Shown one piece after another: positions 39,427 to 49,416 of a DNA stretch of 64,000 nt. Made by a program: the position numbers and the translations under genes. Under the pieces are notes generated by a model that saw nothing but the letters and a program-made list of their open reading frames with translations, did no database searches and was not told where the DNA came from. Origin of the DNA: an uncultured Candidatus Binatia bacterium (lineage in GTDB: Bacteria > Desulfobacterota > Binatia > UBA9968 > JAJDTQ01); contig OZ244070.1 of the NCBI GenBank assembly GCA_965215605.1, positions 1,184,001-1,248,000 of the forward strand. Direction: 5' to 3'. The stretch's first letter is position 1. The number at the start of each line of letters is the position of its first letter.

Positions 39427-42400
39427 TCAGAGGCGGGACGATCCCTGAGCCCACACCCACCAGCGCCCCAGGCAGTCGTTGGCGACGCCGTGAGGCAGGC
39501 TCGCGGCTGCCGGGGTGATCAGCGCGGCGAGCCGCAAATCGTTCTCGGTGAGCACGGGGGCGTCGTCAAGGTGACCGGTTTCGGTGAGATGATGTCGAAG
39601 CTTCTCGACGTTGCTCTTCTCAAAATCCCGCAGGCGCGGGTCGCTGTTGTCGTCGAGCGCGGCCATCAGCCGTCTGGCGTCGTCATCCAGGCCCCGCGCG
39701 ACAGCAGCCACGTCTTCGATAAAGCGTTCGCTCAAGCCGTCGCATTCCTCAAGGGCGACGCGGTCCACGGGCCGGCCCTTCCCCTTCATCCACAACTCGC
39801 AGAAGGTCTCAAGCAGGTCCAGTCTCGCGGTAACGTCCGCCAGCGAGACCGAGCGGGAGCCCAGCCGTTCGGCGAGGGGCGTGTCCACGACCGTCGTCCA
39901 CTGGCCCGCGCGCTCGATTCCGTTCAGGAGAAAGTCGTGCAGCAGGTCCGGGGCGTCCCACAGCAGGTAATAGAAATGCTGCTCCGCATAGCCGAGCTCG
40001 GGGCGGAATGCCGGCACGTCGAGAGCCATTGCGTATTCTTCGGACGACAGGCCGTCAGGGGCCGGAACCGCCGGTCCGAGTTCGACCTTGAGCGCCTGGA
40101 ATCCGCTCACGCTGGCCGTCTGCGTGCGTATCAGGCCCAGGTCGATCCCCGCCGTCAACTCGCAGTCCTCCTTGCGGAGAGCATCCCGGATTCGATCCAC
40201 GTCCATCGGATCGCTGGTGAGATAGAAAATCTGCCGATCCTGTTCTCTTGCCACGCGTCCCAGACTCCGTACCACGGCCTCGAAGCGCCGGGGGTCGCTC
40301 TGGTCCAGCGCTTCGTCGAGAAACAGGGGCATGGTCTTGCCTTGCTCCACTTCCTCCGCAAACGCGATGCGCGCCGCCAGCAGCAACTGGACCCGTGTCC
40401 CGTCCGACAGCTCGTCGATCTCCCGCACTTCTCCGCCGCGCGCCTCGCGGGCAAAGAGCCGCGGAGCGCCATTGTCCTTGCCCAACTCCAACTTGTAGTT
40501 GTGGTGGGTGAACGCGAAGAAATGGGCGCGCGCGCGTTCAAGCACCCGGGGCATCCGGCTATGCTCGTATTCCCTTGTCACCGCGTCCATGAGGAAGTGC
40601 CCCGCCTTGGCGTACAGTGCGTCGTCCCGGAGATCGCGCAGCTTGGCGCGGGCCTCTTCACGGACGGCAATGAGTCCCTGCGTGCCGTTGCCGTTCCTGG
40701 CCGCGTCCGTCCGAGTCGTGATCTCGGCAATCTCGCTCCGCAATTCGCCGGCTCGCGCCTCCACGCGCAACAGGTCGTCCTTGAGCCGCTCAAGGGACAA
40801 TCCGTCGGACTCGGCCAGTCTCTCCGCCCCGGCCTTGGCAAGCTCCGCGTGGTCCAGGCCGATCTGGCCTTCCAGGCTTGTCCGTTCGTTGATCAGGTCC
40901 CTATAGTGCTGCAACGAATGGATCAACGCCACGAGGCCTTTCATGTCGCCTTCGCTCAACGACGCGTCCCCATAGATCCGCGCGATGGATTTGGCGGTGG
41001 CCTCGCGGTCAACGGCGATCTCCTCGATCTTCGCCGTGATGCTCCGCTCGTCGGAGAGCGCCTGCTCCAACCGGGAGCTCCGATCCGCGATGTGGTGGAC
41101 CCGCGCCTTGGCCGTTGCGGCATCCTCCGGCTTCGCCTCGCCATGCTGTTCCAGGATCCCGGTCAGGTTGGACAGGAGGGCGGAATACTTGTGCTCAAGG
41201 CTTTCCATCTGGCCCGCCGCGGCTTCGTCTTCGCTCCGTGCCATACGGAGTTGGTCGAGAGCGCGCGCGAAATCAACCAACTCGGCGTCCGGCGGGATCG
41301 TCTCCAACCCAAGTCTTTCCCCGATTTCCTTCCTGCGGACTTCCAGGGCGGTTTCCTGTTCGGACAGCCCCTCCAGCTCGTTCTCCAGCCGCCGCCGTTG
41401 CAGGCTGTTGTCGCGCGACTGCTCGATGGCGGCCTCCATGTCGGCGGTTACGCGCTCCAGCCGGTTCAGGTGCGCCCGTACCGTGGGAAGATCCCATTCA
41501 GCGGGGGGGTCCAGGCCGAGATCCTCGAACACGGACCGCGCGGTGCTTCTGTCCGCGTCGGAACGACCCCGGTGGCCCAGCATCAAGACGGCCAGAGCGG
41601 CGCCGACGCCCAGCCCTCCAATGAGCCCGGCGATGGATACCAGCGCGATCGACCGTTCCTGTACCCAAACCAGGCCCACTTTCTCGATAAGCAGGGCCAG
41701 CGCGCCGGCGAGAGTCATGACTCCGGCGAACAACAGCCACGGCCACCGGGTGCGGACCCTGGCGGCGACGCTTTCGGGCTCAGGCGCTCGCAGCCACCCG
41801 CGCAAGGCTTCGGCCCCGGCGCGCAACCTTTCGAGGTCTCGCTCGGCTTCCGCGGGCAGCTCGGCGCGCTGAAGCTGACGCAGCCGCTCACGAAGCGTAT
41901 TGGCCTGAATGGCGTACTCCTGGCTCGAACGCAGGAAAGCGAACAACTCGCCGTGCTCGGACAGTGTCAGCGCGGTCCCGCCCACGAGATGGGCCTCATG
42001 GTCACCGACTTCGTGCAAGGCCGCGCCGAGCTTCCTTCGGGTGGCGTTCCGTTCGCTCCTTGCCGCGTCCAACTCCAGCTCGATGCGGCTCAACTCGTCG
42101 GCGTTCTCGCGCCAAGCCGCGAGATCGGAGGGTTCCACCGGGGTGTCCAGGGCGGTCTGCTGTCGCGCCTCGCGCGTCTTGAGCAACTGCTGCTCCAGCG
42201 AGCGCTCCCGTTCCGCCAACGTGTCCGCCTGATGCTGGTACCGCTCGACTTCTTCGACTTCCTTGCCGGTGAGGTTGGCCAGCGCGCCGGGCAGCGCGTG
42301 GATCCGCTCCATGATCCCGGAGAGCTCTTGCCGCCGGGTCGCCAGCCCGATGGCGCGCTCTACCAGCACCAGCCGGCCCGAGGCGGCATCGGCCTCTTCG

Positions 42401-42969
42401 AGTCGACTCCTCAGGGATTCAAGATCGTCCGCGCGCCGCTGGAGGTCGGTCTGCTGGACCACCGCCTTCTGCACCTCGTCGGACGCGTTGTTGAGCTCCC
42501 GGCGTTGCCGGCGGCCAACCTGGCGAGACACGCCGGAGAACAGGTCCGAGCCGATCTTGTCCAGATCGAATCCGCCGGACATCTGCCGCCGGATCTCCGA
42601 AGCAATGTCGGCGGTGCCGTCCCGGGACGGATCGATCAGATCGCGCAGTCGCAGAAAGAAACAGCGGTGGTTGTGGGAAGGGGGGAGGCTCGGGAGGACA
42701 TGCCCGTCGTCGCCTCGCTGCCAATCAGCGCGATTCCCTTCGCGCTGCGCAGACCACGATTCTCCATCCAACTCGAACTCGGCGCTTACGGACGTGAGCA
42801 GCGAGGGATGACGGTCTTCCCAGTACACGCTTTCGAGGGCGCGGCAGATGCTCGACTTGCCGACCCCGTTGGGTCCGAACACGACGTGGAAGCCCGACCC
42901 CGCCGCTTCGATCTCGAAGGGTTGGCTGATGCCCGGCAACCGGTTGATGGCGAGCCGTTTGAGCTTCAC
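39427..42969 (-). CDS. YhaN/SbcC-like SMC-type ATPase with coiled coils and central TM segments
   Basis: VFGPNGVGKSS, long coiled coil, two hydrophobic segments, LSDGT signature, LFLDEAL. GTG start at 42969 overlaps the upstream stop. Confidence 0.85.
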   Translation of the reverse strand: MKLKRLAINRLPGISQPFEIEAAGSGFHVVFGPNGVGKSSICRALESVYWEDRHPSLLTSVSAEFELDGESWSAQREGNRADWQRGDDGHVLPSLPPSHNHRCFFLRLRDLIDPSRDGTADIASEIRRQMSGGFDLDKIGSDLFSGVSRQVGRRQRRELNNASDEVQKAVVQQTDLQRRADDLESLRSRLEEADAASGRLVLVERAIGLATRRQELSGIMERIHALPGALANLTGKEVEEVERYQHQADTLAERERSLEQQLLKTREARQQTALDTPVEPSDLAAWRENADELSRIELELDAARSERNATRRKLGAALHEVGDHEAHLVGGTALTLSEHGELFAFLRSSQEYAIQANTLRERLRQLQRAELPAEAERDLERLRAGAEALRGWLRAPEPESVAARVRTRWPWLLFAGVMTLAGALALLIEKVGLVWVQERSIALVSIAGLIGGLGVGAALAVLMLGHRGRSDADRSTARSVFEDLGLDPPAEWDLPTVRAHLNRLERVTADMEAAIEQSRDNSLQRRRLENELEGLSEQETALEVRRKEIGERLGLETIPPDAELVDFARALDQLRMARSEDEAAAGQMESLEHKYSALLSNLTGILEQHGEAKPEDAATAKARVHHIADRSSRLEQALSDERSITAKIEEIAVDREATAKSIARIYGDASLSEGDMKGLVALIHSLQHYRDLINERTSLEGQIGLDHAELAKAGAERLAESDGLSLERLKDDLLRVEARAGELRSEIAEITTRTDAARNGNGTQGLIAVREEARAKLRDLRDDALYAKAGHFLMDAVTREYEHSRMPRVLERARAHFFAFTHHNYKLELGKDNGAPRLFAREARGGEVREIDELSDGTRVQLLLAARIAFAEEVEQGKTMPLFLDEALDQSDPRRFEAVVRSLGRVAREQDRQIFYLTSDPMDVDRIRDALRKEDCELTAGIDLGLIRTQTASVSGFQALKVELGPAVPAPDGLSSEEYAMALDVPAFRPELGYAEQHFYYLLWDAPDLLHDFLLNGIERAGQWTTVVDTPLAERLGSRSVSLADVTARLDLLETFCELWMKGKGRPVDRVALEECDGLSERFIEDVAAVARGLDDDARRLMAALDDNSDPRLRDFEKSNVEKLRHHLTETGHLDDAPVLTENDLRLAALITPAAASLPHGVANDCLGRWWVWAQGSSRL

Positions 42970-44309
42970 GTCTCCTTCCTTCGCTCGCCGCCGGCAAGCA
43001 TGGCGTTCAAGGCAGCCTTGCCGGCCTTGAAGAGGACCTCCCGCATGGCGTCGTCCGATAACGGATCCACTGCGCTGCGATGCTCCTGAACGGGCTTCCA
43101 GACATCCTCCCGGGCCACTTCTCCCAACTCCGCGCGGGCCTTGTCGAGCAGCGCCCTCGCCCGGCCATCGTCGCGCGACAGCGCCAGCAGCCGCTGCGCC
43201 ATCATCGCCGCAGGGTCGTCGCCGGATGCGATTCGCGCGAGGTCCAGGCGCAACTCCATCGCGTCCACCACCTTGCTGAAGAAGACCACCGTGCCGTCGA
43301 CGACGCGTCCCATGGTGCTCCACTCGCCGCCCGCGATCCACTGCCGGATGTCCTCGTAACAGCCGCTCGTCCCGGTGAGCCGCACGTGCAGACCGAGCGC
43401 CCGAGGCAACGGGGCGACGCCGGCGAGACGGCGGACGAGGCGCTCGGCGTCGCTCATCAGCCTGTCGCCGACATCGTCGACATGCTCGAGTCCGTCCACC
43501 CGGATGGACACCGGTTCCCATCGCAAAGGCGCGAAGGGGATCAACCGAAGGTCGATGCTGCCTTCGCTGGAAATCTTCAGAAGCCAGGGGCCGTGAGGCC
43601 CCGTTTCCGACGGGTCGAGACCCACCAGCGATCCGAGATAGCCGAATGGCCGCGTCCCCTTCGACGCGGACAAGCTCTCGATGGAAGGCTTGTGGATATG
43701 GCCCAGCAACCAGGCGTCGTACCCGGCGTCATCCAGCTCCGTCTGCCTGATGGGCGCGTAGGGGCCGCGGGAGACGCCCAGGTCGGCGTGCAGCAGGCCG
43801 ATGCGCGGAACCGGACGCGCCGGCGCCGGCAACGGCCGCTTCAGCAGTTCCGCCAGCGGACTCTGGCGCACGCGCTCCTGACCGAACGACCAGCCCACCA
43901 CCTCGGCCACGGGAATCCCGCCTTTCGATATCGTGCGGGCTTCCCAGCGGCCGCCGGCGCCCAGCACGCTGAACCCGTCGATCAGCGCCGCCAGCCGCGG
44001 CAATGCCTCGACATCGTGGTTGCCTGCCACCGCCACCACCTCGATGCCGGCCTCGAGCAACCGTCGCACGCACTCCTCAAGCGGCGCCATTGCCTCGAAA
44101 CGGGCATTGGTGCTCTCCACCACGTCGCCCGCGAACAACACGGCATCGAAACGGTTCTCGATGGCAAGATCGACGGCAAGCCGGAGCGCGGCCGCGGGCG
44201 TGAACTCGCCCGGGTCCACGCCTTGAGACTCGATCCAGTCGGGCACACCCGAGCAGGCCGTGCCAAGGTGCACATCTCCTATCGCGAGAATGGAAGCGGC
44301 GTCACTCAT
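42966..44309 (-). CDS. YhaO/SbcD (Mre11-like) metallophosphoesterase nuclease
   Basis: GDVHLG, AGDVV, AGNHD, LLH, LGHIH motifs. Confidence 0.9.
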   Translation of the reverse strand: MSDAASILAIGDVHLGTACSGVPDWIESQGVDPGEFTPAAALRLAVDLAIENRFDAVLFAGDVVESTNARFEAMAPLEECVRRLLEAGIEVVAVAGNHDVEALPRLAALIDGFSVLGAGGRWEARTISKGGIPVAEVVGWSFGQERVRQSPLAELLKRPLPAPARPVPRIGLLHADLGVSRGPYAPIRQTELDDAGYDAWLLGHIHKPSIESLSASKGTRPFGYLGSLVGLDPSETGPHGPWLLKISSEGSIDLRLIPFAPLRWEPVSIRVDGLEHVDDVGDRLMSDAERLVRRLAGVAPLPRALGLHVRLTGTSGCYEDIRQWIAGGEWSTMGRVVDGTVVFFSKVVDAMELRLDLARIASGDDPAAMMAQRLLALSRDDGRARALLDKARAELGEVAREDVWKPVQEHRSAVDPLSDDAMREVLFKAGKAALNAMLAGGERRKET

Positions 44310-44514
44310 TCTTCAAGCCGGTAAGGGTCCTTCAAGCCCGTCCAAGGGTTCGAAGCGTTAATCATCTGCAATAGAGATTATCCACGAATCTCGGATGTTC
44401 GCAACACCATCGGCCCTTTCCGACCGCTCCGCTCCTGCTTGGCGGACTCCTGCGCCCCTTGCGCCGGCTTGTGTTCGCCGGCTCGAAACAACTATGCTAT
44501 ACAACAATTGCGAG

Positions 44515-44584
44515 TTTGCCGACCGTTTAGCAGACCCCATTTTAGCAGACCCCATTTGCCAACCCATTTGGACCGTTTGCCGCA
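44515..44584. repeat. Degenerate short tandem repeats (TTT(A)GCNGACC-like, about 6 units)
   Basis: tttagcagaccccat occurs twice exactly (44526-44555), flanked by degenerate copies. Confidence 0.7.
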
Positions 44585-44710
44585 TTGAACAGCAGCCGAG
44601 TTGTCGCGCACCGCGGGGGGTGACCGGACCATCCGGTCACTTCATCGCAAGGCCACAAATCCCTGCCATCCCGGAGGCGTTGGACCGGAAGGCGCAGGAG
44701 GTACCTTTCC

Positions 44711-46120
44711 ATGAGCCGTTCTCTTGAAGCCCGTTTCAGACTGACCGTTTTCGCAGTCATCTTGCTCCCCGTGATGGCCTTGACGGGGAGCGTCTACTTG
44801 TGGATGGCAGGCAGCAAGGCCGAGGAACGCCCGTACGTCGGTCTTCGGTCCGTTGCATTGCGCGGCGACGCGTCGAAATTGACCGAGGTCGCCGCAATCC
44901 TGGCGGAAGCCATCGACCGTTTCATGATCGACCGTATCGGCGAGGCGCGGGCATGGGCGTCGTCGCCGGTGGTGGTGAACGCGGTAAACAGGTTGCGCGA
45001 CGCCCACGCAAAGCAGGGTCTGGACGCGCTGTCCACTCAACAGGTCGAGGAAAAGTTCCGTATCGAGAAGACCCTGGGCCTCGCGCCCGACGCAGAGGCG
45101 TACCTTCGCGAACAGCTCAAGAGTTCCCCGCATTTCGCGGAGGTCTTCTTTACGGATGGTCGGGGCTACAACGTGGCGCTGACGAACCCCACCTCCGATT
45201 TCGTGCAGTCTGACGAAGAGTGGTGGCAACGGGCATGGTCGTCCGGGTTTTCCGTCGGTGAGATCGAGTTCGACGAGTCGGCCGGCGTGTGGGGGCTGGA
45301 CCTTTCGGTGCGTATCCAGGACCCCGGCACCGGGGCCTCCATCGGGGTGTTGAAGGCAGTGGTCTCGATACGCTTCGTCCAGGCGTTCGCTGACCGTCTC
45401 GCGCTCCGCCTTTCCGCTCCCGGCCAACTCCTGCATGCTCAGTTGGCTGCCGCGAGGACCCGCGGCGACTCCAGATCCGCGGACCCGGCAGAGACCGGGG
45501 TCCATTTGCTGGTGGGGAGCGCCGACGGGCAGTTGATCGCGGAAACGCGCTCCAGACACGCCCGCGGCCGCATCATGCAGCCCGAGCTCAACCTGCTTTC
45601 AGGTGAGTCGCTCGGTCACTTCAATCAAGGCTACGGGGGCGAGCGTTCCGGAGCGTTCATCGCCAACCGGGATGGTCCGGAGGGCGATTCCGAGAAACCC
45701 AGTCATCTGGTGGCCTTCGCCCGTTCGGGGGGCTCGGACGTCTACGCCCCGGTGGCTGCAAACTTTCCCGGCTTTGACTGGATCGTCCTGGTGGACGCTC
45801 CGAACCTGAGTGGTTTTTCCGTCTTGCCCGGCGTCCCGGAGACGCCGGATCAGGCAGGTCGGCTGTCCGGCGTTCTCTGGCTCGCGGCCGCGACTTGCCT
45901 GTCGCTGTTCCTGGCGTCGGTCCTGCTGTGCTGGCTGTTCGGCAAATGGGTGCTGGCGCCCGTGCGCATGCTGACCGACCGGGTTCGGAACCTGGGACAA
46001 GGGCAGATCGGCGGGAAGATCACCGCGCCATCCAACGATGAATTCGCCGACCTCGCCAGCGCCCTCGATCAGGTCCGCCAAGTCATCTCCAGGATGGCGA
46101 ACCGGCTGCAACGGAACTGA
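44711..46120 (+). CDS. Membrane protein: TM - Cache-like periplasmic domain - TM - HAMP, no output domain
   Basis: EVFFTDGRGYNVA...SDFVQSDEEWWQ...IGVLKAV; HAMP (PVRMLT...DEFADLASALDQ) ends at the stop codon. Confidence 0.8.
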   Translation: MSRSLEARFRLTVFAVILLPVMALTGSVYLWMAGSKAEERPYVGLRSVALRGDASKLTEVAAILAEAIDRFMIDRIGEARAWASSPVVVNAVNRLRDAHAKQGLDALSTQQVEEKFRIEKTLGLAPDAEAYLREQLKSSPHFAEVFFTDGRGYNVALTNPTSDFVQSDEEWWQRAWSSGFSVGEIEFDESAGVWGLDLSVRIQDPGTGASIGVLKAVVSIRFVQAFADRLALRLSAPGQLLHAQLAAARTRGDSRSADPAETGVHLLVGSADGQLIAETRSRHARGRIMQPELNLLSGESLGHFNQGYGGERSGAFIANRDGPEGDSEKPSHLVAFARSGGSDVYAPVAANFPGFDWIVLVDAPNLSGFSVLPGVPETPDQAGRLSGVLWLAAATCLSLFLASVLLCWLFGKWVLAPVRMLTDRVRNLGQGQIGGKITAPSNDEFADLASALDQVRQVISRMANRLQRN

Positions 46121-46211
46121 TGGGCAGAACCAGTCCCCGAGCGCCAGGCGACCGCGACCGCAACGGCTCAGGTTGCCTCGACTTACCGTGAGTGTTATAC
46201 AGGCTAACCCT

Positions 46212-46877
46212 ATGAAATATCCGCCGTTTCGAGCGCGTATGCTCGGCGTCGCGGCCGTCGCGGTGCTTGTTGGAGGGGTTGCCGCCTGTGATGGCGGCTC
46301 CTCGAACGAAGGCGACCCATCGGTCGAACCTGCTTCGACCGAACGCCCCAGCGAATCAAGCGGAGGTTCCGGATCGGAGCAACGCGCCGGGATTTCCCCG
46401 AGGGTCATGGCGGACGCGCTGTTCGCGCTCATGTCAGCCGACCGCAACATTTATTCGAACCAGGTCGTCTACCGTCTACAGGACGTGGAGGAAGTAGTCG
46501 ACGCCAGCGAGGACTGGCATGACCGGAAGAGCTTGCCGCTTCCGGCGCAGATGTTCCGCATGGGCGCGCAGTTGGTGGCCAGGCAGACCGACACGTTCAG
46601 CTACTCTCTGCTGTCCAAGTGGCCCATCAACAAGGACAACGCTCCCAAGACCCAGGTGGAACGAACCGGCCTGGACGGCGTCGCCGAGAACTCCTCGAAG
46701 CCCGTCTACGGCCAGGAGACCATCAGGGGCGTTACTCACTTCACCGCGGTGTATGCCGATGTCGCAGTTTCACCCGCCTGCGTGACCTGCCACAACGCCC
46801 ACCCGAACAGTCCGCGGACGGACTTCAAGACAGGCGACGTGATGGGCGGCGTCGTGATCCGCATCCCCTTGCGCTAA
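46212..46877 (+). CDS. DUF3365/Tll0287-like c-type heme lipoprotein
   Basis: Lipobox VAAC, LPLPAQMFR, PINKDNAP, CVTCH, GDVMGGVVIRIP. Confidence 0.82.
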   Translation: MKYPPFRARMLGVAAVAVLVGGVAACDGGSSNEGDPSVEPASTERPSESSGGSGSEQRAGISPRVMADALFALMSADRNIYSNQVVYRLQDVEEVVDASEDWHDRKSLPLPAQMFRMGAQLVARQTDTFSYSLLSKWPINKDNAPKTQVERTGLDGVAENSSKPVYGQETIRGVTHFTAVYADVAVSPACVTCHNAHPNSPRTDFKTGDVMGGVVIRIPLR

Positions 46878-46991
46878 CGGCGCGGACTCTGCTTGACACG
46901 CCCGCCCCGCCTTGGTACCGGGCTTCATGCAGCAAAGAAGCCCGCGAGCGGCTCTTACGGGTCTTGCCTACCAGGAAGGGAAGCTGAAGCC

Positions 46992-47594
46992 ATGAAACAC
47001 TTTGCGGGCAGACAGCATCTTCTCTGCCTCGTGCTCGGTTTGCTCGTCGCGGCGCTTGCTGCCTGTGAGAGAAACCCCCAGGCCAAAGCCCAACAAAAGG
47101 CGCAGGTTACCCCGGAAATGATGGCCGACGCCCTGTTCATCGCGGCGTCTTCCGCACTGACAGTCTATTCGAACCAGGTGGTCTACCGGCTGCAGGACGT
47201 GGCAGGGGTGATCAGCGCCAGCGAGCAATGGCCGACCGAACATGACAAATTGCCGTTGCCGGCCCAGATGTTCAGAATGGCCTCGGAACGGGCGGCCACG
47301 CAGACCGACCGGTTCAGTTTTGCGCTCATGTCCAAGTGGCCCATCCGGGCGGAGAACGCGCCGGGCACCGACATCGAGAACACCGGACTCGAAAGCGTTC
47401 TCGCGAACCCGACGAAGCCGTACTACGGTCGCGAAACCGTCGACGGCACCGAGCAACTGACCGCGGTCTATGCCAGCGTCGCGGTGTCGCCGGCCTGTGC
47501 GAGGTGCCACAACGACCACCCGGACAGTCCGCGGACCGACTTCAAGGACGGCGACGTGATGGGCGGCGTCGTCGTGCGCATTCGCTTGGACTGA
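46992..47594 (+). CDS. DUF3365/Tll0287-like c-type heme lipoprotein (paralog)
   Basis: Lipobox LAAC, LPLPAQMFR, CARCH, GDVMGGVVVRI. Confidence 0.82.
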   Translation: MKHFAGRQHLLCLVLGLLVAALAACERNPQAKAQQKAQVTPEMMADALFIAASSALTVYSNQVVYRLQDVAGVISASEQWPTEHDKLPLPAQMFRMASERAATQTDRFSFALMSKWPIRAENAPGTDIENTGLESVLANPTKPYYGRETVDGTEQLTAVYASVAVSPACARCHNDHPDSPRTDFKDGDVMGGVVVRIRLD

Positions 47595-47614
47595 CACGCC
47601 TCCGCCCCCTGTCT

Positions 47615-47653
47615 TTCCGGGCCAATCCCGGAACGAGAGGCGCGCGCCTCTCG
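47615..47653. terminator. Twin hairpins between convergent genes (possible terminator)
   Basis: ttccggg-ccaat-cccggaa followed by the perfect 20-bp palindrome cgagaggcgcgcgcctctcg; no clear U-tract. Confidence 0.35.
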
Positions 47654-47838
47654 CGGCATGAGCGCCCCCACGCGTCGCGATCCAGCGGTCTCGCCACATC
47701 TCGGGCCGGTAGTCATTTGACAAGGCCCTTTTCTCTCGCCAACTCGGCGGCCAAACGCGCCCTGAAAACGACGACACCCGCGAGCGCGGGCAGGTTACTG
47801 TGCCCTCTCGCGACCGGGCGCTGGGGCAGCGGTTTGGG

Positions 47839-49173
47839 CTAGGGGCCGAACTCGGGATAGGCATCGTTGCCGTGCTCGGCCATGTCCAGACCGGACCTCT
47901 CGGCTTGCGGCGACACGCGCAATCCCACGGCGGCCTTGATCAGGCTGAACATCACAAAGCCGCTGACCATGCTGAAGACGAAGACGGCCACCACACCCAC
48001 GAACTGGGCCAGGAGCAGGTCGACTCCACCACCGTAGAAAAGTCCCGAGCCGCCGTGAAACAGTCCCAGCATGATCGTCCCGAACGCGCCGCCCGTGCCG
48101 TGAACGGATATGGCGCCCACCGGGTCATCTATATGAATCCGATCAAACGCCAGCACGGAGAATACGACAAGGATTCCCGGCAGAAAGCCGAAAAACACGG
48201 CGGCAACCCACGGTTCCACATAAGCACATGCGCCGGCGACGGCCACGAGACCGCAGAGAACGCCGTTGAGCGTCATCGTGATGTCGGGTTTGCCGAACAG
48301 GAACCACGCGGCCACGGTGGCGCCGATGGCGGCGGCCGCACCCGCGAGGCTGGTATTGGCGGCGATCACCGCTATCTGGTAGACGCTGGCGCTCATCAGG
48401 GTTCCCGTGTTGAAGCCGAACCAACCGAACCACAGGATGAACATCCCGAGCGTCGCCATCATCATGTTATGACCCGGAAGGGCAAGCGGCAGTCCCCGCT
48501 CGCTGTATCTCCCGATCCTGGGTCCGAGCACGATCACCCCGGCCAGGGCGAACCATGCGCCGGTGGAGTGCACCACCGTGGACCCGGCAAAGTCCAGCAT
48601 GCCCAGCGTCGCAAGCCATCCGCCGCCCCACACCCAGTGGCCCACCACCGGATAGAAGAAGAGAGAGATGAGGAAACTGAATATGAGGTAGCTCCCGAAC
48701 TTGGTACGCTCGGCCATGGCGCCGGCCACGATGGTGGCGGAGGTGGCGCAGAACATCAGGTGAAAGAGCCATGCCGTCATGGTCGGAACCGATGCCCAGG
48801 CCAGGGATGGGTACAGGTCGCCCATGTCCGGCGCAGTGAAGAAACCCGTGGTTCCCATGAACGGGTTGCCCTCGCCAAACATGAGGCCAAACCCCAACAT
48901 CCAGAAGCCCAGCGAGGCGATGGCGAAGTCCCCGACGTTCTTCATCATGATGTTGACCGCGTTCTTGGCGCGGGTAAACCCGCCCTCGACCATGGCGAAG
49001 CCCGCCTGCATGAGGAACACCAGCATGGCCGCGATGCAAGTCCATACCGTGTCCGCCGTCACCTGCCACTCCGGCACCGGCCTTTGGTCCACTCTGCCGT
49101 CCAATGCGTACGCGACGGCGGGCAACAACACCCACGCGAGCCCCATGGCAAATAATATAACGGGTCGTCCCAT
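47839..49173 (-). CDS. amt: Ammonium transporter (Amt family)
   Basis: MQAGFAMVE, GAMAER, DFAGSTVVH, WFGWFGFN, DDPVGAISVH, ERSGLD; twin His intact; AGGAGGAGG RBS. Confidence 0.96.
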   Translation of the reverse strand: MGRPVILFAMGLAWVLLPAVAYALDGRVDQRPVPEWQVTADTVWTCIAAMLVFLMQAGFAMVEGGFTRAKNAVNIMMKNVGDFAIASLGFWMLGFGLMFGEGNPFMGTTGFFTAPDMGDLYPSLAWASVPTMTAWLFHLMFCATSATIVAGAMAERTKFGSYLIFSFLISLFFYPVVGHWVWGGGWLATLGMLDFAGSTVVHSTGAWFALAGVIVLGPRIGRYSERGLPLALPGHNMMMATLGMFILWFGWFGFNTGTLMSASVYQIAVIAANTSLAGAAAAIGATVAAWFLFGKPDITMTLNGVLCGLVAVAGACAYVEPWVAAVFFGFLPGILVVFSVLAFDRIHIDDPVGAISVHGTGGAFGTIMLGLFHGGSGLFYGGGVDLLLAQFVGVVAVFVFSMVSGFVMFSLIKAAVGLRVSPQAERSGLDMAEHGNDAYPEFGP

Positions 49174-49416
49174 CACGAATGACCTTCCTCCTCCTGCTTG
49201 TCTTTGGAACGCGGCCGCACCGGTGCGGCGTCCGCGGATGAACACCGGTCAGACTACCACCGTGTTCGACGGATTGCTATACTTCGGGCCGGCCTCCTTG
49301 ACAATGTTGGTATCTTCGCGTTGGTTGTCGTAGAATGACAGGATGGTGTTTTGTCAACGGCGCGTTGTCAGCCACCGTCGTCATTCGCCAAAGAACCGCA
49401 AACCGGGGGTCCCTCT

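Noticed and set aside
39349-43089. 1246-aa plus-strand ORF
   Set aside because: Antisense shadow of the YhaN-like gene; no motifs; typical of high-GC codon bias.
44515-44584. CRISPR array
   Set aside because: Units are 9-15 bp with no unique spacers, and there are no cas genes in the window.
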